From Guillardia theta CCMP2712 (lineage: Eukaryota; Protista; Cryptophyta): a stretch of DNA of 47,323 nucleotides. The stretch spans positions 23,414-70,736 of the forward strand of contig NW_005434453.1 in assembly GCF_000315625.1 (NCBI RefSeq). The letters run 5' to 3'. The notes below the pieces were generated by a model, which saw only the letters and a list, made by a program, of their open reading frames with translations, searched no databases and had not been told where the DNA came from. Both the position numbers and the translations under genes were made by a program. Below, in pieces: positions 12,801 through 25,205 of this stretch (position 1 is the first letter of the stretch; every line of letters begins with the position of its first letter).

Positions 12801-15800
12801 TGGTGCGGCTCCTGCGTCCTCGTGCGCGTCGACGTCCTCGTCGGGGTGCTGGGCCTGCCCTTCCTCGCTCCCAGGGCCCACATGGCCGCTGTCTTTGACG
12901 ATACTGTTATCGTCGACGTCAGCCGTGTCCTCCTTCTTATCTGTAGTTTGTGATGGTGCGGCTCCTGCGTCCTCGTGCGCGTCGACGTCCTCGTCGGGGT
13001 GCTGGGCCTTCTCTTCCTCTCCCCCAGTGCTGTTGTCCCTGATCCCTGTGCTCATCCCTCCAGCCTGTCTGATGAGTCTTAGAAGCTCACGTTTACAGCC
13101 CACCATTAACTTCTTCGTGCCTTCCTCCTTGCAGCAAAACCTAACGATCGCATCCTTCCCCTCAACAAGCGATGCAGCGAGCTTCTTCGTCCACGATGGT
13201 GCGGCTCCTGCGTCCTTGTTCGCGTCGACGTCCTCGTTCGGATGCTGGGCCTGTCCCTTCTCGCTCCCAGGGCCCACATGGCCGCTGTCTTTGACGATAC
13301 TCTCATCGTCGACGTCAGCCGTGTCCTCCTTCTTATCTGTAGTTTGTGATGGTGCGGCTCCTGCGTCCTCGTGCGCGTCGACGTCCTCGTTGGGGTGCTG
13401 GGCCTGCCCCTTCTCGTTCCCAGGGCCCACATGGCCGCTGTCTTTGATGATATCCCCGTCAGTAGAAATTAGCTTGTCGATTTTGTTTCCCCTCTTGAGC
13501 TGTGGAAGGTACTCCTGCGTCTCTTCTATAGTGAGATGGAATTCAGCAGATTTTGGTTTCTTCTTTCCTTCGAATTTTGAAGGCTGGTGAGTGAGAAAGG
13601 ATACAAGCAGCTTTTTCATATCTTGTCTTGTTTTCTCCGGATGGCGCAGGATGGCTCTGCTGATGCATCGTCGGATGCAGTTGATCGCATCGAAATCTTC
13701 CGTGGTGATAAAGTACGGAAGGAGGTCGATTGTTCCTGTCCCAATCTTGAAATAGAACATCTGAGATCCGTCGCTGCTGGCTATCATTGACATCCTGTCT
13801 GCCCTCGGGCTGAACACCAGCTGGAGCAACTTTCCGAAGGGGTTGTTAGGAAGCAAGGTCATCCCTGTCGCTGTCACATTCTGCTCATTCATCGTTCCCA
13901 AGAGGGACATAGCCACAGCTTTATGCTCTACATGCTCTCTGTTGAAATCGGCGACCACAGACAGGGGAGAGCGCCAGTTGGGCCGGACAAGGAACTTCTC
14001 CTCCGCCTTGTTCAAGACATTATTGTCCTTCTCGACATCGACGTCTTCCACCAGCACCTTTTTCTCCTTCTCCAGGAACCACCTGATCGTCGAGTCCGAG
14101 CTCAATCCTCCAAGGGTGGCTGTCTGCGACTCCCTTGTTGCCGTCACTTGCTGAGGGTTGGGAAGCACGAGCTTGCGGCGAGAGCCAAAGTAAACCTGCC
14201 ACAGTAGCTTGACTTCGTAGCTCATGTCCTGTACAAGTTGAGCTGGGATGCTTTGAGAGGAGGATGGCGCAGAAAGGAGATCTTGGTCGTTGCTCAGCTG
14301 TATGACAGCATTGCTCACCCCAACACTCCAATGGTTGACAACCTTGATGTCAAGCACCTTCAGCAGGGATTCGATGCAATCGCTGTTGTTCAGCTCAGGT
14401 GGAACTTTGTAGAGCATTACAGAACATTCGTTGTCAAAACCTGACCTGGCAATCTCAGAGTTTTTCTTGTCCATTTTCAACCCCTTGATGAACAACTGCG
14501 AGCAGCTGCCCACCAGGACAAACCTTAGAGTATCATCCGTTGCCTGAAAGAGGGAGCTCAGGGTGGACGGCTGACAACGCTTCCTCGACATGATTGCGCC
14601 GCGCAGCAGGTGGAGCTTGTCGAGCGAGTCGTCCCTCAGCCCCTCCAGTTGCGCAAAGTGATCCTCGAACCTCCGACAAAGATCCAGCGCAAGAGTTTCC
14701 ATCTGCCTCAGCCTCGTCAAGCTCAGCCCCAGCTTGGAGGCATCATTTGAGCCTCGCTTTGAGATTATCCACCTCTTGTAGGCCTCCAGGTACATGATCG
14801 GCTCGGACAGCTTCCCCATGTCCAGCTCAGCTCGACTCCTAAAATTGCGAGCAAGCTCCTTGAGGAAGCATGCTTTGTCCTTCACAAAGAGAGAGGAGGG
14901 CATGGCAAAAATGTCCTGGACTGAGAGCGCAGAGGCCATCACGATGGCTTCGGGGAGGCAGGAGCAGGTTATGCCCAGCACGAGCAGCTTAACAAGCACA
15001 AGATCAACAGGGAGTTCAGAGGCAAGTACTCCCAGCTGGGTAACAGGTGAAGTCTCTTCTTCGCGGATTAAAGCGCCAACCTTGAAGAGCTCTTTGATTG
15101 CGAGCTCAAAGCGAGCTGGAGGAGGAGGAGTAAGGGACTGCTGAAGCAGAGCTGAAGGCCTGCCAAACTTCTTGAGGAGGATCTTGACCTTGAGGATGGT
15201 TTTCTCGAGCGGAAGGCGAGAAATCTCTGCTTCTGCAAACGGGAGCATGACATTGTCGTGAAAGTGCCGGGGAACGAGATGGAAGACGAAGCCGGGCGCA
15301 ACTCTTCCTGCTCTCCCCTGTCGCTGCTTAGCAGAAGACTGCGAGCACCATGCCCCGAGCAGTGCCGGCATGTTCCTTTTCTCGTCGAAGTGGATTTCCC
15401 TGAGAGGAGGAGTAAAGAGTAGAACGAGCAAGAACACAAAAATTTGATGAAAGGGAGAAGGGTATGACCATGACTGAGACTGAGGATAGGGAAAGCAGAA
15501 CAACAGGATACGCAAGACTACAGCAAAGCATGAAGCATGAAAAGCAGCAACAGCAGAACAGGGACGTTGATGATGGATCGTTTGATGATGACGATGACGA
15601 TGACGATGACGAGGAAGATGATGACGATGATGATGATGATGATGAGGAGGAGGAGGAGGAGGAGGAGGAGGAGAAAGAGGAAAGAGGAATCAATATGATG
15701 ATCAGATAATATGGGACAATATGACTACTTGCTCAGGCATGAGTCAATGACGTAGAGGACATCGGGGATGGTGATGGAGCTCTCAGCGATGTTGGTTGAG

Positions 15801-16980
15801 AGGATCAGCTTGCAGTGTCCAGCCGTTGCTGGAAGAATCGCTGCTTCCTGTTGTTCGCGGGAGACCAACGAGTGTAGGACGAGGATCTGGAGAGGGGAGC
15901 TCAAGGAGCTACTTCTGATATCTTCCTGCAAGGATTCAATATCGCCGATGCCGGGAAGGAAGACCAGAATGCAGATGTCGGGCTTGACAATCTTTGCAAG
16001 CAGATTGATTATGAGGGTGCAGGAGTCTTTGTTCAACTGCATCAAAAACAAATATAAGGAGATAAGGAAGAAAAGGGTGCAGCTTTCATCACAATCTTTC
16101 TCACCTCAGGTTTCAGCTTGTTTCCCTGATTTTCTTTGTTTTGAATCTTGAACTGTCCCAAGAGATTATTGAGATTCTTGTCATTCATAAAGGATCTGTG
16201 AAAATTCTTCCACTCGTCCAGGAAATAAACATCAACGTGGTATCTCTTCGCTCCAACGAAGATTGTATCCCTGACCTTCTCGCCAACAGGGGTGAAAAAC
16301 TGGCTGAAGAGGTTGGCTTGTAGGGTTGCAGACATGATGATCAGCTTTGTGCTTGACTTACTGTTCTCCATCAGCTTCTTGATCAGCAGGTTCAGGAGAT
16401 CAGAGTCCATTCCTCGTTCATGCACCTCATCTAAGACGACATGGGAACTCTTGAAGAAGGTTTTAGGGTTATGGTAGAGCTTGTGAAGCAAGTATCCTAT
16501 CGTCACGAAAGTGACCTGAGTCTCCATGGACACAACGTGATCTCCTTGACCAATACGATAGCCAATAGTTTTTCCAATCTTCTCGTTGTTTTGACTCGCA
16601 ACCCTTCTCGCAAGCGCCACAGCCGCAAGCCTTCGTGGTTGTGATACAATAACGTTGACCCTCTGTCGTCTTGCCCTGGCATCATCGAGGATGAATTGAG
16701 GGACCATCGAGCTCTTGCCACATCCTGTTTCTCCTTGGATGCATGTGACTGTGTTGCTGTTGATCTCCTGAAGAATCTTTTCTTTGAACTGCAAGATAGG
16801 AAGAGATGTGTCTGCAGGCTGCTGCTCCATATTGAGATGAGTTGTGTTGCTGTCGTACATTTCTTCCTGACTGTCTTCGTCAAAGATGTCGTTGGTAGTT
16901 GCTGTTTTGAAATTCAAATCATTTCGTCCATTAGAGGCAGAATCGTCAGAATTGAGACAAGATTGATCCAACAAGTTCAA
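9849..16980 (-). CDS. DEAH/RHA-family RNA helicase (Spindle-E/TDRD9-like) with HA2 region and long repetitive C-terminus; multi-exon, tail frameshifted
   Basis: Motifs GETGCGKS, QPRRLAA, DEVHE, MSAT, VFLPG, STNIAESSITIPDV and QRQGRAGR are spread over ORFs 16042..16980, 15725..16051 and 12177..15515, separated by intron-like gaps (GT-AG ends checked for the ~15400-15728 intron). Confidence 0.9.
9878..13440. repeat. Tandem ~576-bp (192-aa) coding repeat, ~5-6 units plus shorter sub-repeats
   Basis: CCGTGGCCTTGGC(G/C)TGAGAAAGG recurs at ~9878, 10452, 11029, 11605, 12181 and 12749. Peptide ...QAQHPDEDVDAHEDAGAAPS...VKLLCDDSFDLHADSQELSIRR... is repeated. Confidence 0.95.
15583..15672. repeat. (GAT/GAC)n-(GAG)n microsatellite inside a helicase intron
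   Basis: Trinucleotide runs between the DSCLSK exon (donor ~15728) and the EIHFDEK exon (acceptor ~15400). Confidence 0.8.
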
Positions 16981-17051
16981 AATAACGAAGAAGAAAACAA
17001 AGATATTGACATGCAGTATCTATCTATCTGAACATAAAATCATGAAGTTAC

Positions 17052-20000
17052 CTGTTTCAATCATGTGGATATCGTTGGAGAATTGGAAGTCTTCTTTGAA
17101 GATGTTTGACACGGCATCGAAAAACACATCAATCTCATCATGCTGTATTTGCTTCAGCAGGCTGTCAAGATATCCGCTGCTCGACTGGTCTTGAGAAACA
17201 AGATGTAGAAACAGTCTGAAGTATGATGGTCAACACAGTTTCAATCTTCAATGTTCATCATCTCATCCACCACCACCACAACCACAACCACAACCACCAC
17301 CTGCAGAACACATCATGATTCAACCTTGCACTGAATATTTTGCTTGGTTCCGGAAATAGGTGTGCGATATCAAGAAGCTCAGCCAGGTAAAGTACTTCAT
17401 GGACAACATTCTGGAAGAGGTGCACAACTTGGACTGTAGCAAAGCTAAAAGAAAGGCAAGAGTGAGAGAAGAGCAGAAAAAAGGTTTTGAGGTGCAAGAA
17501 GCAAGATGATTTAAACATTGATTGTGTCAAATGTCAACCTGGGAACAGCGATTGGAAGCTTGTCGAAATCAAGTTCAAAACAACACAACAATACGCAAGC
17601 CTTCAGTGTGTGGTAATGCCAGAATGTACAATGAAATTGCCCCCCGTTCAATCTTGAAGGAAAAACTCATGTTTGCTTCAGGCATATCAAATCAACAAGC
17701 TGGACCTGTGAGTTGCTAGGAGAATGAGCAAAGCGCGAAAGATCAGCCCAATGGGTTTGAGTGCGATGGCATAGACTTTTCCTTCAACCTTCCCATCATC
17801 TCACATCAGAGAATACATAGACAAGATCGTCATGGAATAACCTGGACATCGACGGCGCTTTGGAGGGAGAGGAGAGGGTCGTGAGAGGAGAAGGAATCCA
17901 TATCTATTTTAGGCATCTGAGGGTGGAAGTGTCAATGCTGTGATTGGCACAAGTGAACATCTCCCACAGTCAGCAGAGACTCATTGGCAAGGCTGTGAAT
18001 CAGGAGATGCATCGCGTCTAATCTTTCTTCTTCATGCTTTGCACGCAGATCGAGGAGATCGGTGGTGCCCAGCAACATCTGAGTTGGAAGACGAGATAGC
18101 ATCAGACCGAGGTATCAAATTGAGCCGATCTGTACCGGCAGCATTGTCTTGTCCCATGTTTGAATCCGCCTTTCGTCCAGCAAAGAACCGTTTCGAAAAA
18201 ACTCAGTGACATAGTTGAAATCTTTGTGCGAGGAAGGTGAGCCGATAAGAGAAAACATCGCCTGAACACCACAACCGTACCCGTAAGAGTCAAGAACAAT
18301 ATGATTGACCTTCATTCTCATGCTCCTGTTCTTGCTCTTGCTGCCTTGCCTCTGCCTTTGCCTCTGCTCCATTTCCTTTTTATTTTAGTATCTTGCCTCT
18401 TCTCCGTGAATTGCAGCTTATCTGTCTCCCATCCTCTGGTTCTTTTTCACCTGAGTTGCCATCCTCCTATCAACCCATCCTCTCTCCTACTTCGCATCCT
18501 TTTTCTCCTACTGATATTGTTGATGATGCCCTTGTCACTGCTGCGGCAGCAGCTGCTGCTTCTACTGCTGTATCTGCTCTTGCTGATGTATCAGCTCCTG
18601 CTGCTGCTATTGCAGTTGCTACGGCAGCTTATAATTATCATCATTATCTGACCTTTCGCAGAGGGAGAGTGACGTTATTGATGCTTGTAGCATCTTGATC
18701 TTCGGAAGGATGATTTAAAGGATTTCTTGGGAGCAGTTTGCAGTAAAAGATTCTGAAAACAAAAAACAAACGTCACAACAAACCGCAATAACATCATACT
18801 TCAATCACGCCTGTGTAAGTAAACTGCCAAACTCCATGATGGGATGTGACATGATTGCACATTTTCTTTGATGAATTTGTGATATTCATCTACTTCGTCT
18901 TCTGGTTGAGTCTCCTCAACAATTTCGTAGAAACCTCTACATTCTTGAAAACAGATTTCAATTTCTGGATCTTTCTGCTTCAACTGATAACAAGTGAATC
19001 AGGAAAATGGGATGAGCTGAAGTGTGAAGAGGAAGTGAAGTAGAGCGATATAGTATCTCTCACTTGTATGAAGCCTGGATGACCAAATAGAGTTGTTTCG
19101 CCGAGCTGATTTAACCATTTAGCCACCATTTCATCGAAACTTTTTCCCTGTAAAATCATCGTTATTGATGCAATTTCGGTCTCCATCATCATCATCATCA
19201 CTGACATCCTGTCCATGACAACAATTAACATCACCACCAACGTCATGGTCATCCCCTCTTCTCTTCCATCACTTCTTCAAAGAATGCCAGGAGGATCTCA
19301 TACCCTTTTGTTGCCGAAGGGAATGCCAAGTATTCTTTGTATATCATACCTATCATAGTGGTCACCGTCAGTTTCAGAATGTTCCCTCAAACCAAATCTT
19401 ACTTCTGAAGTATTTCTCTCGTTATGTCATTTCCACAAAGAGCAGCAAATTCCCAAAGCCTAGCAATCAATGGGAAAAGTATGAGAAATTATGCTCACTG
19501 TGCAAAATCAACAACCGATCATGCTTTAGTTTGAAAAATGAGGCGAACTTTTTAGACGTGAAAACCCGAGCAAACAACTGGAATTCAAAGCTTGTGAGAT
19601 GACGAAGAGACCAGCGTGAAGGACCACCATGTTGTCCTTTATTTCAAGGAAGCTGAATGGCGCGTATTGAATGCCAGGCATCAGATAAAAATCAGAATCG
19701 TTGGCAACCACGAAAGTAGTCGTCGCTGACGATCGACACATCTTGCAAATGTCGATGTCTGCTTCAATCAGGCTTGTCCGAACATGCACGTTCAGTTTCT
19801 TCAGAGTGATGACAGTCTGAATTCTTGCAAGGCATGGCAATTGCCAGCCTTGTTGCAACACCTCCTATCGAATATGATCAAACGCTGAGTCATTCTTCGA
19901 GGGACCATTCGACCTCATCTAGAGATTCGGGGTCTTCATTTTTCTGTATGCATGAGATGATCTTGTCCATGTTCTCACTCCTGTCTGCAAACCTGCGAAC

Positions 20001-20583
20001 GAGAGGGAAGTGTTAATGGGGTAAGCAGAGTATCGAGAGCAGGAGATAAGACAACCGTTTCTCGTGCTCAGATTTCTTCTTTTGTAGCCCCTCACTTCCC
20101 CGAGCCGGATCCAAAACCACTACGATATCCACTTCGCATGTCTGCATGTCCTTGATGAACTTTTCCAATTCTGCAGACAAAAGCGGTGAGAAACAATCAT
20201 GAATTCATCTACAGGACCAGCAGCAAACATCTTGTATTCGCCTCCCAGGAGCCAATGCCATGTAACATCAAGCTCTGTCAGGTCACAAATCACCTATTGC
20301 ATCAGAAATACTTAAAGAATCACTTTGAAAGATGTGGAATATGAGAAACATCCCATCGATGATAATGATAGGCCTCCTCTCCCCCTGCCAGTTTCATTAT
20401 TTGCTCTAGAGATATCAACATGAACATCATTTCACCTTGGTAACCCGCTCTCTCGACATGATGGTGATGCTGTGTCAGATGTCAGTCATTCTAGGCTTCT
20501 AGAACTCTTCCTTCACACTTCACTGCATCCGCAAGCTCGTTGGCCTGAGACGAACACAGCGAGTGCAGCCCCCGAATCCCCAT
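17052..20583 (-). CDS. Asteroid/FAM120-like XPG-type PIN-domain protein, many short introns; probably the 5' half of the helicase gene
   Basis: MGIRGLHS start at 20583; IIIIDG (~20360); WLLGGEY (~20250); EADIDI...VVANDSDF (19690-19770). The late segment VHLFQNVVHEVLYLAELLDIAHLFPEPSKIFSARL resembles the Asteroid-family C-terminal helix. Confidence 0.75.
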
Positions 20584-20979
20584 TGCGCTGCCAGCTATTG
20601 CAGCTAGGTAGTCACTAGTCCCAAAATGAAAGTGTGCTGTCTTGAGATTTTAGGCATCAGATTAAAAACCAAGTGTTAATTTGAATATGAGAACTAATTG
20701 AATCAAATATAGACCCAAAATATCAATATAGCCCCCAAATATATTTGCATCGAGCCCCAGGAGCAGACATACCCTTTCATTCTTCGGCGTTCCTTCCCTT
20801 GGCCTTTCCTTTTAGTGTAAGTAGGTTAGAAGCGCGAGACTGCCCTTTGCTGTCTCTATTTGTTTCGCCGAGGCGGATGCTTTCTTTCTATGGTCTTTCG
20901 GTTATGGCTCTATGCTCATACGGGCCCGCCTCAGGACGCATCAGATTGTTCTGAGGCGGGCCAACTGACCCCAGGAGAG

Positions 20980-22200
20980 TCTATATGCAAATCCAGTCCA
21001 TCCAGAGATCTGTCCCATATCGGCATTAGGAATGCACTTGCTTTGCTGTTTACCAGATGAACTGTTCCTGATCGCAATATGCAGGTTCTTTCAAAAATAA
21101 AGATGCCACCGAATCAATCAGCAGCCCCGAGTGAGTCGGTGACACTGACAAGACCGCGGGAAGGCACTGATGATGATCATAATGGGATGGATGCAGTTCA
21201 GACTGCAGTCACTGCAGTCACTGCCAGAGGATCCTGGAAGTCACTCTATCAGGAAGGGGGCAGCAACTTATTTTTTTGTATCGAGCAGTGCAGTTTTCAA
21301 CACGAATCTACGATATGAAGCAGCAGGTGATGCATTTGTTGGACGCACTAAGAAGCTTACGAGTCTGGGTCAGGAATGGTCACAAGTGCGATTGGGATGT
21401 TACCAATGTGCATGAATGGAGTTGCGGAGTTTGCACTCGCATCCGTCACGTAATGTACCATGCAGACTTCCTCTGAAAGAATTTGCTATGTCAACAATGA
21501 CAAGGTTGTTGCGTCCCTAGAAAAACTACAAAGAGAAGTTCTGGAGTTCAATCAATCTAGGGGCAACCAGGCATTGGCAGAAGGAATTTCGGAGAGGCGA
21601 AAAGTTGGTTTCATACCAAATGAGTCTGGACAATCAGCAAAGGACTTCTTTCGGCAAGGCTTGCTAGAGAATCGAGATGAGTTGGAAGCTATGATACGGG
21701 AGGTGATTATGGAGACGGGAGGGGAAGCAAGTGGATCACAGAGAGATGTTCAGCAAAGGGACCCCGAGGCTTCAGGTCAGAGTGTTGTTGAGTCTGGTCG
21801 CAGGAGTGAGGGGAGCACCGTAATACCGGCAGACACTGTTGGAGCGAATGAGAGCAGAGACCCGGGTGGTTCTATTGATGAAGCAGTTGGGGCAAGCGCG
21901 TCGGCTCTGGAACAAGTACTTTTGACAGAAGAGCTGGAAACTCCATTATCGGCATGGAATTTGTGGTTCTGTGGAAACGAGAAAAAACAAATTCCCCCTT
22001 TGAGAAATGTTAGTTGAAGCCTGGACAAAGCAATACAAATCGTGAAGTTTTTCGTGAAATGTTTTGAGCAGGCAAGGATGCAGACGAAATGGATACAGAC
22101 ATAAGGAAATTTGAAGAGTTAAAAAGACATTCGTGAAGAAGTTGAGGAAAAAATTCAAGAAGAACTCAAGCGCATCTGCAGCAAGTCGTTGAGAATAGTC
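20980..22200 (+). mobile_element. Crypton-like (tyrosine recombinase) DNA transposon relic
   Basis: Broken frames give LYANPVHPEICPISALG (~20981), GSHSIRKGAATY (~21236), YEAAGDAFVGR (~21313) and TPLSAWNLWFCG...IPPLR (~21940), matching the motif series of CryptonS-type elements as I recall them. Confidence 0.7.
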
Positions 22201-22538
22201 AGGATGATGTTTTCTTTGAACTTGAAATAAAAGTACTTGAATACGTTGAACAATTGTCGATATTCAGCCATGAAGGATTGTCGATATTTCGGCCATGATC
22301 ATGGAAGTCAGTGCATTGTTTCCTGAATAACTTTGTGAATTGCTTCGATCAAACATCCCCCATGTTATGCATTATTTGGTTTGTCATATTTTGCTTCCAT
22401 CGCCGACGTGTTGATTTACTGAAGATTAACACAAGACGACCTTGACGATTTTCAAGGTCGTTTTCAAGATAAACCAACAAAACGAGGTGACTCCGTGATC
22501 CTGCAAGGTGACTGCTAGAATGCATAACATCTTGAGCT

Positions 22539-23717
22539 CTAGATGACATCGAATCTCATCGGCATCTTGAATTGCTGCAGGTGAGCAATGGCCACTTGAA
22601 AATGAGCTCCCTTGGTGACAACAACGGTGTCACCATCTGCATCACTTACATACGAAGATCATCACTTCTCGTGCTCATTGCCAATGCCAAGCGTTCTACC
22701 TGTAAGTAATCTTCATCGTCTGAAGATCCTTCGGTCCCGCCAAAGTCTACTTAACACGACAGCAGTCATGACTTGATGCTTCGGATAATGCTGGACACGA
22801 ACCTTGATTTCAGCCAGAAGGTCTTGATAAGAAGAGACCACAGTCCTCTTGATATCCGATCCAAAAGCGATCTTCACAGGCGTCTCTGAATTCAATTCCC
22901 CCCTCTCCTTGCGTTCCCTCTCCCCCTTCTCCTTGCGCTCCTTCCCCCCTCTCCTTGCGCTCCTTCTCTTGCTTCTCCTTGCGCTCCTTCTCTTGCTTCT
23001 CCTTGTGCTCCTTCTCCCCCTTCTCCTTGCGCTCCTTCTCTTCCTTCTCCTTGCGCTCCTTCTCTTGCTTCTCCTTGCGCTCCTTCTCTTCCTTCTCCTT
23101 GCGCTCCTTCTCTTCCTTCTCCTTGCGCTCCTTCTCTTCCTTCTCCTTGCGCTCCTTCTCTTCCTTCTCCTTGCGCTCCTTCTCCTCTGTCTCCTTGCGT
23201 TGCATCTCTTGCAGCCGTTTCTTGCAATGTCTGCAACCGCACTACCAACAGCACACGTCACAACAGATTCACTCGCATCACTCAAACCAATCATACACCT
23301 CGTCATAGTTACCCCATCCTTGAGCTTTGCAGCACTGAGTCAACCAATCCAATCAATACAAATATCATCTCTACAGACCATGCGCTTTGAAACATGATCG
23401 ATGACTTACATTCTGTGAGTTTCCCAGTGCATAATGTAATCAAAACAAGGTCAGATCAGCAGGAAGATATGTGATGGTGTCAATCTCTTACGCAGCACTA
23501 GTAGATCCATACCAGATGTTGCCATCCGTTGATCAAGACATACCAGAAAAAGCAAAATGAATGTCACTCCCTACCAACCGCATGTTTCAATCGAGATATT
23601 ACTTACATACTATCCAGTTCCATCACACCAGTCCATCCGAGCGAAAACAAAACAATCCCAAGATTACATGTCAGCCATATCGTCCCCTGACCGCATTTCA
23701 GCATCGTCACTTGCCCG
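22539..23717 (-). pseudogene. Gene A: microexon-encoded Cys-rich N-terminus + K/E coiled coil + PB1 domain; 5'-truncated, one frameshift
   Basis: Exons 23715-17 (R), 23607-09 (Y), 23492-97 (CC), 23410-12 (N), 23299-23334 (CCKAQGWGNYDE), then from 23241 CGCRHCKKRLQEMQRKE.... The spliced C-terminus PVKIAFGSDIKRTVVSSYQDLLAEIKTLAGPKDLQTMKITYSDADGDTVVVT...MRFDVI* has the PB1 basic Lys and acidic OPCA motif. Frameshift near 22950. Confidence 0.7.
22900..23195. repeat. 24-bp coding tandem repeat (KEKEEKER)n
   Basis: CTTCTCCTTGCGCTCCTTCTCTTC units; charged coiled-coil or single-alpha-helix-like peptide. Confidence 0.9.
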
Positions 23718-23775
23718 CTATACCGCACCATCCACAGTACATCCGAGCAAATACCGACACATACACAAAAGAATC
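23335..23775 (-). other. Microexon/intron array 1 (truncated)
   Basis: AG|CGG|GCAAGT, AG|TAT|GTAAGT, AG|TGCTGC|GTAAG, AG|AAT|GTAAGT. Confidence 0.7.
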
Positions 23776-24448
23776 AAACGAGGGTGAGAGAGCGAAGGGT
23801 GTTTGAGGTGGTACATACAATCATGTTGGAGCAGCTTATTGGAAGGTAGGTAGGGTCTGGATTGACAGAGGTGGGAGATGTAGTAGGGGGTAGGGTGGGC
23901 ACCTGCTGGCTGAATTAACGGAAGGGGTCAATTGATTGAGGTGGTCAAACTTTCGAAGACTCTCCTGGCTGGAAAGCGAAAATGCTGTTCTGCTCTTGTC
24001 ATCAGGCGATATCAGCGATCGCGGCTTGCTCCTGCTCCTTGGGTCAGCCACCCTGCTCTTCGACTTCATCCCATCCCCCCAACCCGTCCTCCTGCCATCG
24101 CCATGCTCCTCCTTCCTCTTGCCCGGGTCACTCCCCCCCCATCCCTACTCCCTCCTGCTCCCTGGGATGGTTTGGCCTGCGTTGTTCAGTTTTCCACCAT
24201 CCCCGATCTCGCTGGAGGTGAAGTTGTCCTCGTGCAGGAGTGGTGACAGGACCTTCGGCATCAAGTCCATCCGCAGGTCCTCGAGCCTTAGGATGTGACG
24301 ATGACGATGAGCAGCAGGAAGAGGACCGGCTGGCTCTCGCAGCACATCCGGTGGGTAGGCTTCAAGGACCTGACACTGCAGTGGTGGCAGGCTACGGTAG
24401 GGAGCAGTGGTTGGACACTGGGATAGCCTAACGTCATCACTCAGTGAT

Positions 24449-25205
24449 TGTTAGTTTCGATCCTCCTGACTGGTTGTTACCACCCGGTAAGCCTTGAGGC
24501 TTGGGGGACGTGTATCATCTCCCCTTGGAGCAGCAAGGTGAAGCTGCTAGCAATCTCTTTGGTGCCATTGCTGATGTCTGTAAGATCGCTGCTTAAGTTC
24601 TTCTCTGACTACAACCACTGTGACTACCGTCTACAACGATTCTTCATGGATCACAGCAGCTGCTTCAACCTGTCCACTTGTCCGAACTGCAACTTGAGCA
24701 TCTGCAAACCCGCCTCAGTGTCTCGGTGTAAGGTCTCAGCAGGGCAGTGATTTACTATCATTACAGTATTGGCATGTCTGTTCGACTGCCACTCCTTTGT
24801 AGTACCTCATCTGATGTTTCTGCTGGTGCGGAGCACAGCGAGACACTGATATGCAAAGGTGGTCGTTAGGGTCCATGTAGACCCTTCCGACTATCCTGAG
24901 AGTTGTCCTGAGGACCAGAGGACAACATCACTGACAGCCGGCAGTGATGGGGATGTCCGGCCTGAAGCACCTCATCGAACGAGGATGGTGGAGTCCAGGC
25001 TTATGTAGAGGAGACGAGCTGGCGGTAGTATCAGTGGAGACGGTGTATCAACAGCCGAACAAAGGTCTCCTCAACAGAACGTGTGGAGCGACTCGCTCGT
25101 ATTCAGATATGACATTGTTTTCGCACACTGGCTCGTTGTTTTCTTGACGAGATCACTTCCCGTCTCAACACTCTCTAGGGGGAGAGAGAGGAGGCGATCC
25201 TAACA
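24449..25205. mobile_element. Possible LTR-retroelement remnant upstream of truncated gene A
   Basis: TGTTAG...CTAACA inverted termini. No TSD and no recognisable protein motif. Confidence 0.25.
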
